Source: Geosiphon pyriformis uo1 (Eukaryota; Fungi; Glomeromycota). Taken from it: a stretch of 64,000 bases of DNA. Positions within the stretch are counted from its first letter, which is position 1. Each line of letters opens with the position of its first letter. Position numbers and translations under genes: made by a program. Below are positions 38,923-50,800 of this stretch, one piece after another. The stretch spans positions 682,001 through 746,000 of the forward strand of contig JAAOMT010000129.1 in assembly GCA_016748015.1 (NCBI GenBank). The letters run 5' to 3'. The notes under the pieces are model-generated. The model ran no database searches, was not told the origin of the DNA, and was given only the letters and a program-made list of their open reading frames with translations.

Positions 38923-39506
38923 CAGATAAAAAACTAAACCATGTTTTTTAACAGTATTTGATAATTTTTTTGCTTATGTAAATGTGGTTTAATCACAATT
39001 CATTAACATACAACATGAAATTGTTTTTATTCTTAATTTTCTGGTAAAAATATTAAAATCAAAATTTAATACATGGCTATTTAAAATATATATTAAATGT
39101 TAAAATAGTAATAGTTTTAATATTCAAGAAGGTTTTTAAAAATAAAAATAGTTAAACAGTATTTTTTGAAACACTTTTCCTAAATAAAAACACAAAACAG
39201 TTTTAGGCTGCTAAAAAAACATTTTTTTTAGCTTTAAGTAAAAGTTTTTCTTTACCTAAAGTTTTTTTAACCAACTAATTAAGACCAGTTTTAATATAAT
39301 TGCTATTATTGTAAAAAATATCAAAATATTCAATAAAAAATCAGTAGCAAAGTTATTTTTTTTTATTTTTTTATTTTTTATTTTTATTTTTTTACGAGTG
39401 AGGTCCAAATGCAACCTAGTGCTATACATCATACAAATGATCTAAACTAGGTGCGAATCATGCACTTTCTACATGTGACCAGCCACTCGGACCAGTCAGG
39501 ACTACA

Positions 39507-42500
39507 CTATACACCTATATGCACAGAAACTAGATCTTCAATACCTGAAAAAAATGGACAAAACTTACGAAACCCAAAACCAACTCCAAAAGCCTCAGCC
39601 ACCTCCAGCAATCTGACCACACCAGCCGAAAACACCATAGACAAACCAGAAACTGAAGCAGGAGTGGAGTCATTACGTGGAATCAAACTGTGCCTTTCCA
39701 TAAATGCTCGGTGTCTGGCCCGGACCAACCAAACATCATCCCAAAATGCTAGACAAAACTTACACACAAAGCTTACAATCCTCCTAGCACCCTTCTTAGA
39801 ATCTTTAAAGACCGAGACAGACTCACGAAACCATTCATCGAAAACAAAGCCCTTATACAGAGCAACACCAACTTCAACCTCAGAAACACAAGAAGCCAAG
39901 ACCTGTAAGACACATAAAGAAGAGCGAGAAAGACCAGAAAAAGCCTCCCAAGCTGAAACATGTGCGCCCAACAAACGAGCACGGCTAACGGCATCCTGAG
40001 AACATGAAAAGACATGATCCGAGGTCTCAACATCACCACAAAACAGACAGACCACACTGGGGTATCTCCTATCATATAAATGCTTGCATACAGCAACAGG
40101 AAGCTGATGATGGAGAGCCTTTATAAAGTAAGTACGACAGCCTGCCGTGTGCATGCTGGTAAAACCGGATGCCAAGTGAGAATCGGGGTGCCACACCATA
40201 GAAGACTTAGACCAATTGATATTAGCACGCAAACTATCATCCACAACACAAAAACCCACTCCAATCTCCCAATGAGCTCAATGAACTGACCAGAAAACAT
40301 CACGAACAAAGTGTCTAGAATTACCAAAAACTGCTGTACCACCAGCACACAGAAAACGTTTACTGACTAAATAAGGTAGGCACCAAGCAGAGAGAGCAGC
40401 ACCTTTGGCAAGCGTATCAGCATGCTCGTTATCTGAGACACTTGAATGACTTTTCACCTTAACCCAATTCACATCCAAATTCTTTTGACGAATGACAGTG
40501 GCAATGTGACAATGCTTGATCCAACAGTGGTTCCTGAAATCCAGATGAACCAGTGAAGACTCTGACCTACATGCATCCAAAACAGCCTGGCTATCCGAGA
40601 ACAAGTCAATCAAACGAGAAAAAGAAACACACTCCAGGACCAAAGCTATGGCTTGCAGTTCTGTCAGAGTAGAAGAAACCAAACCAGACACCCCAACACC
40701 CAAACCCAAGTTAATGTCCTCAAAAAAAACAGCAGCACCTGCTCTCATGTCAACAGTGCCCAGACCAGAAAGAGATCCATCCATATACACAGAAAGGCAG
40801 GCAGCATTAATGGTTGGCAAAGTGTCACGAATCACACCAAAATCATGAGAAAGACGAATATCAGACACAGCATGACCATCCACCAAAGAAGAACTTGAGG
40901 AGAGAGGCACAACACTACCAAGAAAGCGAATGGAAAGATTAAACAAGAAAGGGACTGGACCGCGAGGGTCCAGCCTCTTCCAATGCTTGAAGGTCCCCCA
41001 ACTAAAAACATCACCATTATGGTCACAAAGCTGTTTCACAAAAGCAATTCCATAATGCCTAAGCAAAGAGATGCACTTAAAAAAACAGAATTTACCAAGA
41101 ACCAAAGACATAGGAATACCACACCGATGACGAAAAGCACAAGCTAGAGGGCCTTCCAAAGACAAATCACACCCAGAAAAAATGTGAACCACACCTGCCA
41201 AAAAATTATCCGAGGGACTGATACCAACACGAGCCGGAAACAGCAAGAAATGACAAGGATGCCAGCTGAAAACCTGGAGATCATGAGACCTATGAGAAAA
41301 CAAACGACCCAAGACACCAGTAAAATTTGCAAAAGCAACAACGGAGGCCAATTTACTTTCAGCCTGGATCTGTTTGAACATTTTTAAATTGTACAAAGAG
41401 GGGTGATGAAGTGCATTACTGGGAAAATCACGTGGCAATCCAGACTTGGACTTTAAGACTTTGCATACCAAAGCATCCCATTTATTACAAACACCAACAG
41501 GAATGAAACTGAACTGAGTCTTGTAGCTGATGATAGGGAAAAGAACTGCAGACACCAAATATGCACACTGTTTGTCCGAAATTGCCTTTCTCAAAACAAG
41601 ATTCACAAAAAACCGTACATCAGCCTGAGCTTTAGCCAAGCTAGGCTTCGAAAGACCCTCAGAAGACAAAAAAATACCCAAATAGCAATGAGATTTTTCT
41701 CTTTTGGCAATGGAAATAGGCACACCACTGATAGTTAAATGAGGATCCAGCACCCAGCAATTGATGAGGATGGCCACCGTTTTGTCATTGTTTACAGAAA
41801 TATTGTTAAACCTAAAAAACTCACTAGCAACATCAAGAATGTGTTGTGTAGCAGCCTGGCTGCTACCAACCCAAATAGTATCATCAACAAAAGCGCCAGC
41901 AGCAAGAAACAAAGACAGCCCAGCTTGAGGATCCACCCGGCCAGTTCGGGATATGAAATAAGAATTCAACCTGTAGCCATACACACTATCCTGTCTCTTG
42001 ACTTCGCACAAAAGTGAATCATAAAAAATACGCCAGAGAAGAGGTGAGAAGACTTCTCCCTGATCCAGCCCATCATGAACACAATACCCATTAGTCAAGC
42101 CAAAGTCAGTCATCACTCTGTTGATGTGACCATTGTGAATACTGCCAAAAAATCTAATAAATCTGTCACACATTTTGATTCTGACTAAACTTCTCTTAAG
42201 ATGTTCCCAACCAACTGAGTCATAAGCCTTGCACATGTTCTGTAAAACCAGCCAAAGTTCACGGTTCTTCTCCAAGGCATCCTCAACCACAGAACTGATA
42301 GCAAAAATGGGAGATTGTGTCATCGTATCCTTTAAAACCGAAAAATTGTCCCCATGAAGAACATCAAAAATGCTGCAAGCCAGAGAGATTCTATCTGAAA
42401 GGATCTTAGAAAGAATTTTGTGGGTCGTTTCAATTAAAGCTATAGAATGAGTGTTTGTGAGAACACCCTCTCATTCATATGGTTTAGGAATCATCGAAAC

Positions 42501-44195
42501 CCAAGCTTCTCTCCAAGGCCCAGGGACTGACTCGCCAACCAAACAGAAATTCAAGAGCACCAAAAGCATTTCCAAAACAGATTTGTCACAATGTTTCCAT
42601 AATTTGTTGGAGATACCAGAAAGACCAGCCACTTTTCCATCAGGAAGATCCTTAACAACAGTTGACAACTCATCAAAACTAATTGAACACATGACATCAG
42701 AGAAAGCACCATCAAACACGTAATCTAGAGGCCGATATTGACAAGCCCAATTCTCAGACAAATCAGACACCATTTTACATTTTCTGGTCCATCCCTTCAT
42801 GATTTCGTCCACCTTAGACTTAACCAAAACAGGCTCTAAAATCAACTCATTATCTACAACCAAATGATCCAGAACCACTTTGTAAAAAGAACGCTCCAAA
42901 ACACTCCTAATGGTGTGACTCTTGTTCAGCTCAAAACTTTCCATCTTTTTACCAATAGCCTGCTTGATCGAGGATTCCTCAGCACACTTGGATTCCACTA
43001 ATTTGAAGGAGCGGTATAATTTTCTTGCTTTGGCCAGTGCAGAACAAATAAGATCAAAATTAGAACCTGAAAGAAACAGAGACTTAACCACTGATGCATC
43101 AGGAGAGTCGAGTCTGTGCCACACCTCCAACAAAGAAGCAAAACCATCACTAGAAGCCAAATGCGAAGTCTTGACCAACTTAGAAACCAGCAGCTCCAGC
43201 TTGTGAAACCTAGAAGAAGTCTTGATAAACACGCTATCAAAACCTTTGAACCATTTTTTCTTAAATGTACTACCCGCTGAAAGAACCATAATCTTGCGAA
43301 CAATGTCCCACATAGCATCCAAATCTGAAAATTTTACTGCCACACCAAAAGCATCCGAGAACATAGAGACATTAGCAGCTGAGGCATCCCTGAACTCCAA
43401 CCACTTAGCTTTACATGCACTTTTGACGTCAAACTTCCAATGGTCTTTATTCGCTTGCTTGCGAAGAGAATTCAAACACGTATCCAAGAGCCCACCCAAA
43501 CCCAAATCCACTAAAACAGCTTGATAGTCCATGTCAAAATGCTCACTGACATTCAAAACTTTACGATGCACTATTGCATTGACAAGACTCGAAGAGACAA
43601 ACACGTAATCAATTGTTTTCTTAACACCCCTAGAATTTTCCCAAGTGGGCATTTTTACAGCCGAGCTACCAACTAAAAAATTGACTAGACCCAAATCAAA
43701 GCATCTTTTGAAACTTGTACTTTTATGAGAGCCGTTTTCATTAAAATCGCCACCGAGAATGACAAAAGAGGATTTATTGACAGCCTTTGCAATGAGAGAA
43801 TTGATTTCACCAGCCTGAGAGAACCATACCACCGAAGAAACACCAGCATAAAGCCCCAAAATTGACACAGAAAGTTTGTCCTTGAAAAGTAATTTAATGG
43901 AAAGGAGCCGACCAGGCACCTCAGAAACCTTACACACATGATGAGCCAAAGAAATGTCCATGATAACTGCAACACCTGCACCCAAGTGACCGGAGTTCAA
44001 ACCAGAAGAGAACACTCGGACACCATCAAACTTGTCTGTAATCCACAGACAAACCCTACTTTTTAATTTTGTTTCAGTAATGATAGAGACCAAATTGTTT
44101 ATTTCCTTATGCCACCTAACAATGTTCTCTTGCTTAGTGGGATTGTTCATGCCCCTGACGTTACATGTAGCAACTTTCCAGACTAAACTGCTTAT
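39507..44195 (-). pseudogene. LINE ORF2 (~1562 codons): APE endonuclease, reverse transcriptase, RNase H, CCHC
   Basis: The three tracked ORFs (44150, 42323, 40259) share one frame. Motifs TCNVRG, ETKL, GGDFN, IDYVF; GLDQGEVFSPLLW, AFVDDT, YLGIF; VYMDGS, ELQAI, SDSQ, KVKSH; CLFCGDVETSDHVFSC. Lesions: ATG->ATA (44195), TGG->TGA (42471), CGA->TGA (40278). Confidence 0.93.
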
Positions 44196-45985
44196 TGAGT
44201 GAAGGGTAGAGACACCGAAAGCGCACCTATACTATTCACTTTGGCCGAAAGGCCCAGAACCATCTCCATTAGACATTTCATGCTGTCTTCCAGCTTAGAC
44301 ACCGAAGACATATCAAAAGACACTGCTCTCGCAACATTTCCACCACTAGTGGACACACCTGAACCCTCATTCATTACTACATCCGCCCCTTGATCCTGTG
44401 ATGAAGGGGTCACCAACGGCTGACATTCAGGGCTAGGCTGGGGAACTGTCGGCCTGAGTGCATCCAACCTCTTAGCCAGCTTACCAACTTGCTCCGTGAG
44501 GCTGGCAAGACTGCGCTCAAGAGCAGCGAACCTATTGTTGACTTTTATCGCAACCGGTTGGGACGGCTTCATCTCCGAAGAGGAGCCATTATTCACCACA
44601 ACATTCTGACCAGTAAAGGGGGGCGAAAAAGACCCGCGAGCAACCTCTGCCCAAGAAAGACCACCAAAAGAGACCGGACGGGCAACTGGAGCTGAGCATT
44701 TGGCATAGATGGTTGCTAGCCTGCTTTTATCCATATCCAAGAAAACTCTACGCAGTGAACTACCAGAAGATAATTTCCCACCAACTGCACAACCCAATGA
44801 CGTGTGACCCAATTTCTCACACTTGGCGCATTTAGCAGAAATGAGGTGAGACCAGCGGAGATTGGTGTTCCTGAGTACTGGCGTGGTTCCCACAGCAGCA
44901 TCCAATGATTTAGCAGAGTTGAAACAAACAACAGTGCACCTGGCCCGAGCATACATAACAGAATGATGATCAATGATGCACGTTTTCCCACCCACAGATC
45001 TAACAAAGTCCCAGATATCATGAGCGTTAGTCCCCATCGGCAATGTGTATAGCAGCGCCTTATGTTGGTCTTTTACATTCCATGCTTCCTTGTCTGAATC
45101 AGCCCTAGCCACACGTACAGCATTTTTCCCGATTAAGATGGACCACTCAACTGTGACCAAATCAGCCTGATCTGATCGTTCGAATTCCACTATTGCCTTC
45201 TGCCACAGCTCGATTAACTGCATCTTGATCACCTTAATAACTCCAAACTCGGATAGCACAGCGCGCACAGCCTTAGCTGATGTTCCAATTGGAATTTCTT
45301 TTATGACCACAGCCTGATCTGATCGCCCAGATGATCTCTTAAGATCGGTGTTTACCATGATATTCACACCAGTAGCCTTTTCAGTGGCCTTTATTAGACC
45401 TGATTTGGAAGTGAATGTTGCTCTGATGATCCCTGAGAACTTTGAGAAGGTAGACACCCCCCCAAAACCATTAATTCCAGAAAATAATTTTCTCACCACC
45501 ACAAGCTTTTCCTGAGAAGATTTGCCAGCCACTTTATCCAAGCCAATATCCAACGCGAATGACTTCCTAACTGGAATGTTGACCAAATTTTTCATAGAAG
45601 GAGAGAGCTTAAGAGGAACATCCGAGAGAACACCATTATTACTACCATCTTTTGAGAAGTCAATCTTTCCCAATGGCTTGCCTAATGCCTTTTTGGTTCT
45701 AACCTTTGAACTTGTGGGCATCTGATCATAATCTCCACCAGCCAGAGCTCCACCTTCACCATAATCAAAGCTGGTTTCCTCCACCAGACACTCCTCTTCC
45801 ATATCAACACTTTCAGATTCAGTAGTGTCTCCAGTTTCTGAACCCCATGAACAAACACCAGGAACTCCAGCAGCAACTCCTCCATTATCAATATCCTCTG
45901 CCAACACACCTCTCTTTCTTTTCTTCCTTGATGCAACTGTCTTAAAACCACTCTCAGAACCAGAAACTTTAGCAGTTTTTTTCAT
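44192..45985 (-). CDS. LINE ORF1 protein (597 aa): RRM-like region, CCHC zinc knuckle, C-terminal coiled coils
   Basis: Open ORF; VVIKEIPIGTS...VLSEFGVI...WQKAIVEF (RRM-like); CAKCEKLGHTSLGC; FAALERSLASLTEQVGKLAKRLDAL. Confidence 0.9.
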   Translation of the reverse strand: MKKTAKVSGSESGFKTVASRKKRKRGVLAEDIDNGGVAAGVPGVCSWGSETGDTTESESVDMEEECLVEETSFDYGEGGALAGGDYDQMPTSSKVRTKKALGKPLGKIDFSKDGSNNGVLSDVPLKLSPSMKNLVNIPVRKSFALDIGLDKVAGKSSQEKLVVVRKLFSGINGFGGVSTFSKFSGIIRATFTSKSGLIKATEKATGVNIMVNTDLKRSSGRSDQAVVIKEIPIGTSAKAVRAVLSEFGVIKVIKMQLIELWQKAIVEFERSDQADLVTVEWSILIGKNAVRVARADSDKEAWNVKDQHKALLYTLPMGTNAHDIWDFVRSVGGKTCIIDHHSVMYARARCTVVCFNSAKSLDAAVGTTPVLRNTNLRWSHLISAKCAKCEKLGHTSLGCAVGGKLSSGSSLRRVFLDMDKSRLATIYAKCSAPVARPVSFGGLSWAEVARGSFSPPFTGQNVVVNNGSSSEMKPSQPVAIKVNNRFAALERSLASLTEQVGKLAKRLDALRPTVPQPSPECQPLVTPSSQDQGADVVMNEGSGVSTSGGNVARAVSFDMSSVSKLEDSMKCLMEMVLGLSAKVNSIGALSVSLPFTQ

Positions 45986-46310
45986 AACAGCAATAACAAA
46001 GCCAACAATGGCCTCGTAATCGAAGAACGGTTTTGATTTATTGTACTGAATGGTAAAAAACTTCTTTCGAAAAAACTTTTAACTCTTTTTTGGGAATTTT
46101 GGATGAAGAAAAGAAAGAAGTTTGTAAGACTATATTATTTTTTTGGTTGTTTAAATAACTAAAAAGTTAAATATTTTTATTTTTTAAACTTAAACAACCA
46201 ATTTTTTTTAAAATACTTAATAAAAATGTTTTTTTAATATTGTTACTTAAGTAATAAATCAACAAAAATAATAATAATAGTTATTTAATTAAATATTAAC
46301 AATATAAATA

Positions 46311-46312
<2 letters not shown>

Positions 46313-46341
<29 letters not shown>

Positions 46342-47798
46342 TACAAATACAGTCCAGCTACTATTTAATATATAGAAACAAATTAAGTAATCCTAACTAA
46401 ACATAACTTATGTACTTTTTACATATAACCAGTTACTTAAACTAATCAAAGCAATATTATATACTTACTTAAACTTTTACATTATTATTCAAACTTGAGA
46501 AAAACAAACAAGCTTTATATAATTCAAAATTAATAATAAAAAACTTTACTATACTAAGCAAATAAACTACTCTAGTTAAACAAATCATGTAAAATTTTAC
46601 AAAATTTTTATATTACTAACCAATCTACTTTTTTCCATATTTATTTTGAACTTTGATTTAAATAACCACATTTTGTTTTAATATTTCTTAGTTAAATAAC
46701 AAATGAAATTAACTACTACTAATACAGATTTTTTTTTTACTAAAAACTAATATTGTTTTATTAATTTAATTCTTAAAAATAAAACTTTTACATAAAATTA
46801 AGTAAATATTCATATTTAAAACTTTTAAAAAGAAAGTATATAACATTAACAATGATAATACAGCACAATTTTCTATTAATAACTTTTACAGCTTAATATG
46901 TTTATACAGAATCTTAAAATATACAGAGACATTTTTTAAACAGATAAAAGTTTAATTAGGTAATTTAATATATTACATACTAAACATAATACATTTAAAT
47001 AACTTTTATTATAAAGTTTTATTTTAACTACAATTAATAACTTTTTATAAACTGTTTTTATTAAATATGTGCAAAAAACAACTAAAACCTAATTAATAAA
47101 ACCAAAAAACATGTAAAAATTTAAATGCCAGACTAAAACAATACAAATTTAGTTTATATTCCAAATAAATAAATTATTCAAAATTTTTGCATTAGAATCT
47201 GTTTCTTATTGAACACAATAAATAATCTGATAAATATTACAAACAAAATAATAAGTATTATTGAACACTATTAAATCATTAGTATAACAATTTTTTTTTA
47301 AATTTTAGTATAAAAAGCTAAATAAAACTGTACTATATTACATACTAAAATATTAGCCAAGTTATTGTTTATATTATTTAAATAACTTTTGACTTTTATA
47401 TATTTTACCAAAATGTTTTTTAATCTTATTAAATTAATTATATGTTGCTTTTTTATCCAGCATTTTTTATAAAAATTAGGTAGATAAAACTTGAATTTTA
47501 AAATACATATACTAATAGTAGTCTAACAATCTGTATATAAAATTACTAAGTAAAAAAAAAAACATTCTAATACCAAGACAATTATCTATAATTTTAATAT
47601 TATTAAAAATAGCAACCTATATATCTCAATTTTTACTTCTATTTTGATATTAAAAAAATATATTATTGTTTTATTAACTATTTTTACAGCTCTTAATTTT
47701 TTGAATAATTTATTAGTATAAATACTAATTGTTTCAGTCCATAATTTATACAAATATTTTTAAATATCTAAAAAATTTTTTAAGCAGAGAAAATTCAA
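46313..47798 (-). mobile_element. Ancient hypermutated LINE copy (3' part), copy-3-like, with (ATT)n tail
   Basis: acatataaccagttacttaaactaatcaaagcaatatta matches the 3'UTR acatgtgaccagccactcggaccagtcaggactacacta by mostly transitions; catgtaaaaatttaaatgccagac and the RNase H region align collinearly with copy 3. Confidence 0.8.
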
Positions 47799-47807
47799 GC
47801 AGTTAGA

Positions 47808-50800
47808 TTTTTTTTTTATTTATATTTAATGAGTGAGGTCCAAACACAACCTAGTGTTATACATCATATAAATGATCTAAACTAAATGCGAATCATGTGC
47901 TTTCTACATGTGACCAGCCACTCAAACCAGTCAGGACTACACTATACATCTATATGCACAGAAACCAAATCTCCAATACCCAAAAAAAATGGACAAAATC
48001 TATGAAACCCGAAACCAACTCCAAAAGTCTCAGCCACTCTCAGCAATCTAACCACACCAGCCAAAAACACCTCAGACAAACCAGAAACTGAAACAGAAGT
48101 GGAGCCATCATGTGGAATCAGACTGCACTTTTTTATAAACGCTTGGTGTCTGGCACGGACCAACCAAATGTCATCCCGAAATGCAAGACAAAAATCATGC
48201 ACAAAGCTCACAATCCTTTTAGTACCCTCATTAGAATCATTAAAAACCAAGACAGACTCACGAAACCACTCATCAAAAACAAAACCTTTACACAGAGCAA
48301 CACCAATTCCAACTTCAGAAACACAAGAAGCCAAAGCCTGTAAGACACAAGAAAAAAAACGAGACAGACCAGAAATAGCCTTCCAAGCTGAAGCATGAGT
48401 GCCCAACAAACGAGCATGGCCAATGGCATCCTAGGGACATGAAAAGACATGGTCTGAGGTCTCGACATCACCACAGAACAGACAGACCACACTGGGGTAT
48501 CTCTTATCATACAAATGTTTGCACACAGCAACAGAAAGCCAGTGATAGAGAGCCTTCATAAAGTAAGTACAACAGCTAGCCATGCGCATGCTGGTAAAAC
48601 CAGATGCCAAGTAAAAATTGGGGTGCCACACCATAGAAGACTTAGACCAATTGATATCAGCGCGCAACCTATCACCCACAACACGAGAACTCACTCCAAC
48701 CTCCCAATGAGCTTGATGAACTGACTGAAAAACATCACGAACAAAGTGTCTAGAATTACCAGAAACTGCCACACCACCAGCACATAGAAAACGTTCACTG
48801 ACTAAATAAGGTAGGTGCCAAGCAGAGAAAGCAGTATCTTTAGCAAGTGTATCAGCATGATCATTGCCTGAGACACCTGAATGACCCTTCACCTTGACCC
48901 AATTCACATCCAAATTTTTCTAACAAATGACAGTAGTAATGTGACAACGCTCAATCCAACAGTGGTTCCTGAAATCCAGACAAACCAGTGACAACTCTGA
49001 CCTACACGCATCTAAAGCAGCTTGGCTATCCGAGAACAAGTCAATCGAATGAGAACAAGGAACACACTCAAGGGCCAAAGCTATGGCTTGCAGCTCTGCC
49101 AGAGTAGAAGAAACCAAACCAGACACCCCAACACCCAATCCCAAGTTAATGTCCTCAAAAAAAACAGCAGCACCCGCTCTCATGTCAACAGAGCCCAGAC
49201 CAGAAAGAGATCCATCCGTATACACAGAAAGGCAGGCAGCTTCAACAGTTGGCAAAGCATTACAAACCACACCAAAATCATGAGAAAGACAAATGTCAGA
49301 CACAGCATGACCATTCACCAAAGAAGAACTTGAGGAGAGAGGTACAACACCACCAAGAAAGCGAACGGAAAGATCAAACCAGAAAGGGACTGAGCCATGA
49401 GAGTCCAGTCTCTTCCAATGCTTAAAGGTTTTCCAACTGAAAACATCACTATTATGGTCACAAAGCTGTTCCACAAAAACAATCCCTTAATGTCTGAGCA
49501 AAAAGACACACTTGAAAAAACAGGAATCACCTAGAACCAAAGACATAGAAGTACCACACCAATGACAAAAGGCACAAGCCAGAGGGCCTCCTAAAGACAA
49601 ATCACACCTGGAAAAAATACGGACCATACCAGCCAAAAAATTATTTGAGGGACTAACACCAACACGAACCAAAAACAGTAAGGGATGACGAAAACACCAG
49701 CTGAAAACCTGGAGGTCATGAGACCTATGTGAAAACAAGCAACCCAAGACACTAGTGGAATTTGCAAAAGCAATAATGGAGGCCGATTTACTCTCAGCCT
49801 GGATTTGTTCGAAAGTCTTTAGATCATACAGAGAGGGATGATGAAGTGCATCACTGGGGAAATCACGTGGCAACCCAGACTTGGACTTAAAAATCTTGTG
49901 TACCAAAGTGTCCCATTTACTACAAACACCCAAAGAAACAAAACTGAACTGAGTCTTGTAGCTGATAATAGGGAAAAGAACCGCAGACACCAAATATACA
50001 CACTGTTTGTCTGAAATCGCCTTCCTTAAAACAAGATTTACAAAAAACTGTACATCAGCCTGAGCTTTAGCCAAGCTAGGCTTCAAAAAACCCCCAGAAG
50101 ACAAAAAAATTCCCAAATAGTGATGAAATTCCCCTTTCCTGGTGATGGAAATAGGCGCACCATTGATAGTTAAACGAGGGTCCAACACCCGACAGTTGAT
50201 AAAGATGGCCACCATCTTGTCATTATTCACAGAAATGTTATTGAACCTGAAAAACTCACTAGCAATATCAAGAATGTGTTGTGTAGCAGCCTGGCTGCTA
50301 CCAACCCAAATAGTATCATCGACGAAAGCACCAGCAGCGAGAAATGAAGTCAATCCAGCTCGAGGATCTACCCGGCCTGTTTTAGAAACAAAATGAGAAT
50401 TCAACCTGTAGCCCCACACACTTTCCTGCCTCTTGACCTCATACAAAAGTGAATCATAAAAAATACGCCAGAAAAGAGGTGAGAAAACTTCTCCCTGATC
50501 CAGCCCATCGTGAACACAATACCCATCAGTTAAACCAAAGTCAGTCATCACTCTGTTGATGCGACCATTGTGAATACTGCCAAAAAATCTAATAAACCTG
50601 TCACACATTTTGATCCTGACCAAACTCCTCCTAAGATGTTCCCAACCAACCGAGTTATAAGTCTTGCGCATGTCCTGTAAAACCAGCCAAAGTTCACGGT
50701 TCTTCTTCAAGGCATCCTCAACCACAGAACTGACAGCAAAAATGGGAGACTGCATTGTTGTACCTTTCAAAACCGAAAAATTGTCTCCATGAAGAACATC

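Larger units (their letters stand above)
39356..46123 (-). mobile_element. LINE copy 4, full length, youngest (frame-intact)
   Basis: (T)nA tail 39356-39393; intact ORF1; ORF2 in a single frame; 5' inverted repeat. Confidence 0.96.

Noticed and set aside
39340-46145. TSDs for LINE copies 2, 3 and 4
   Set aside because: Only short T-rich matches indistinguishable from chance
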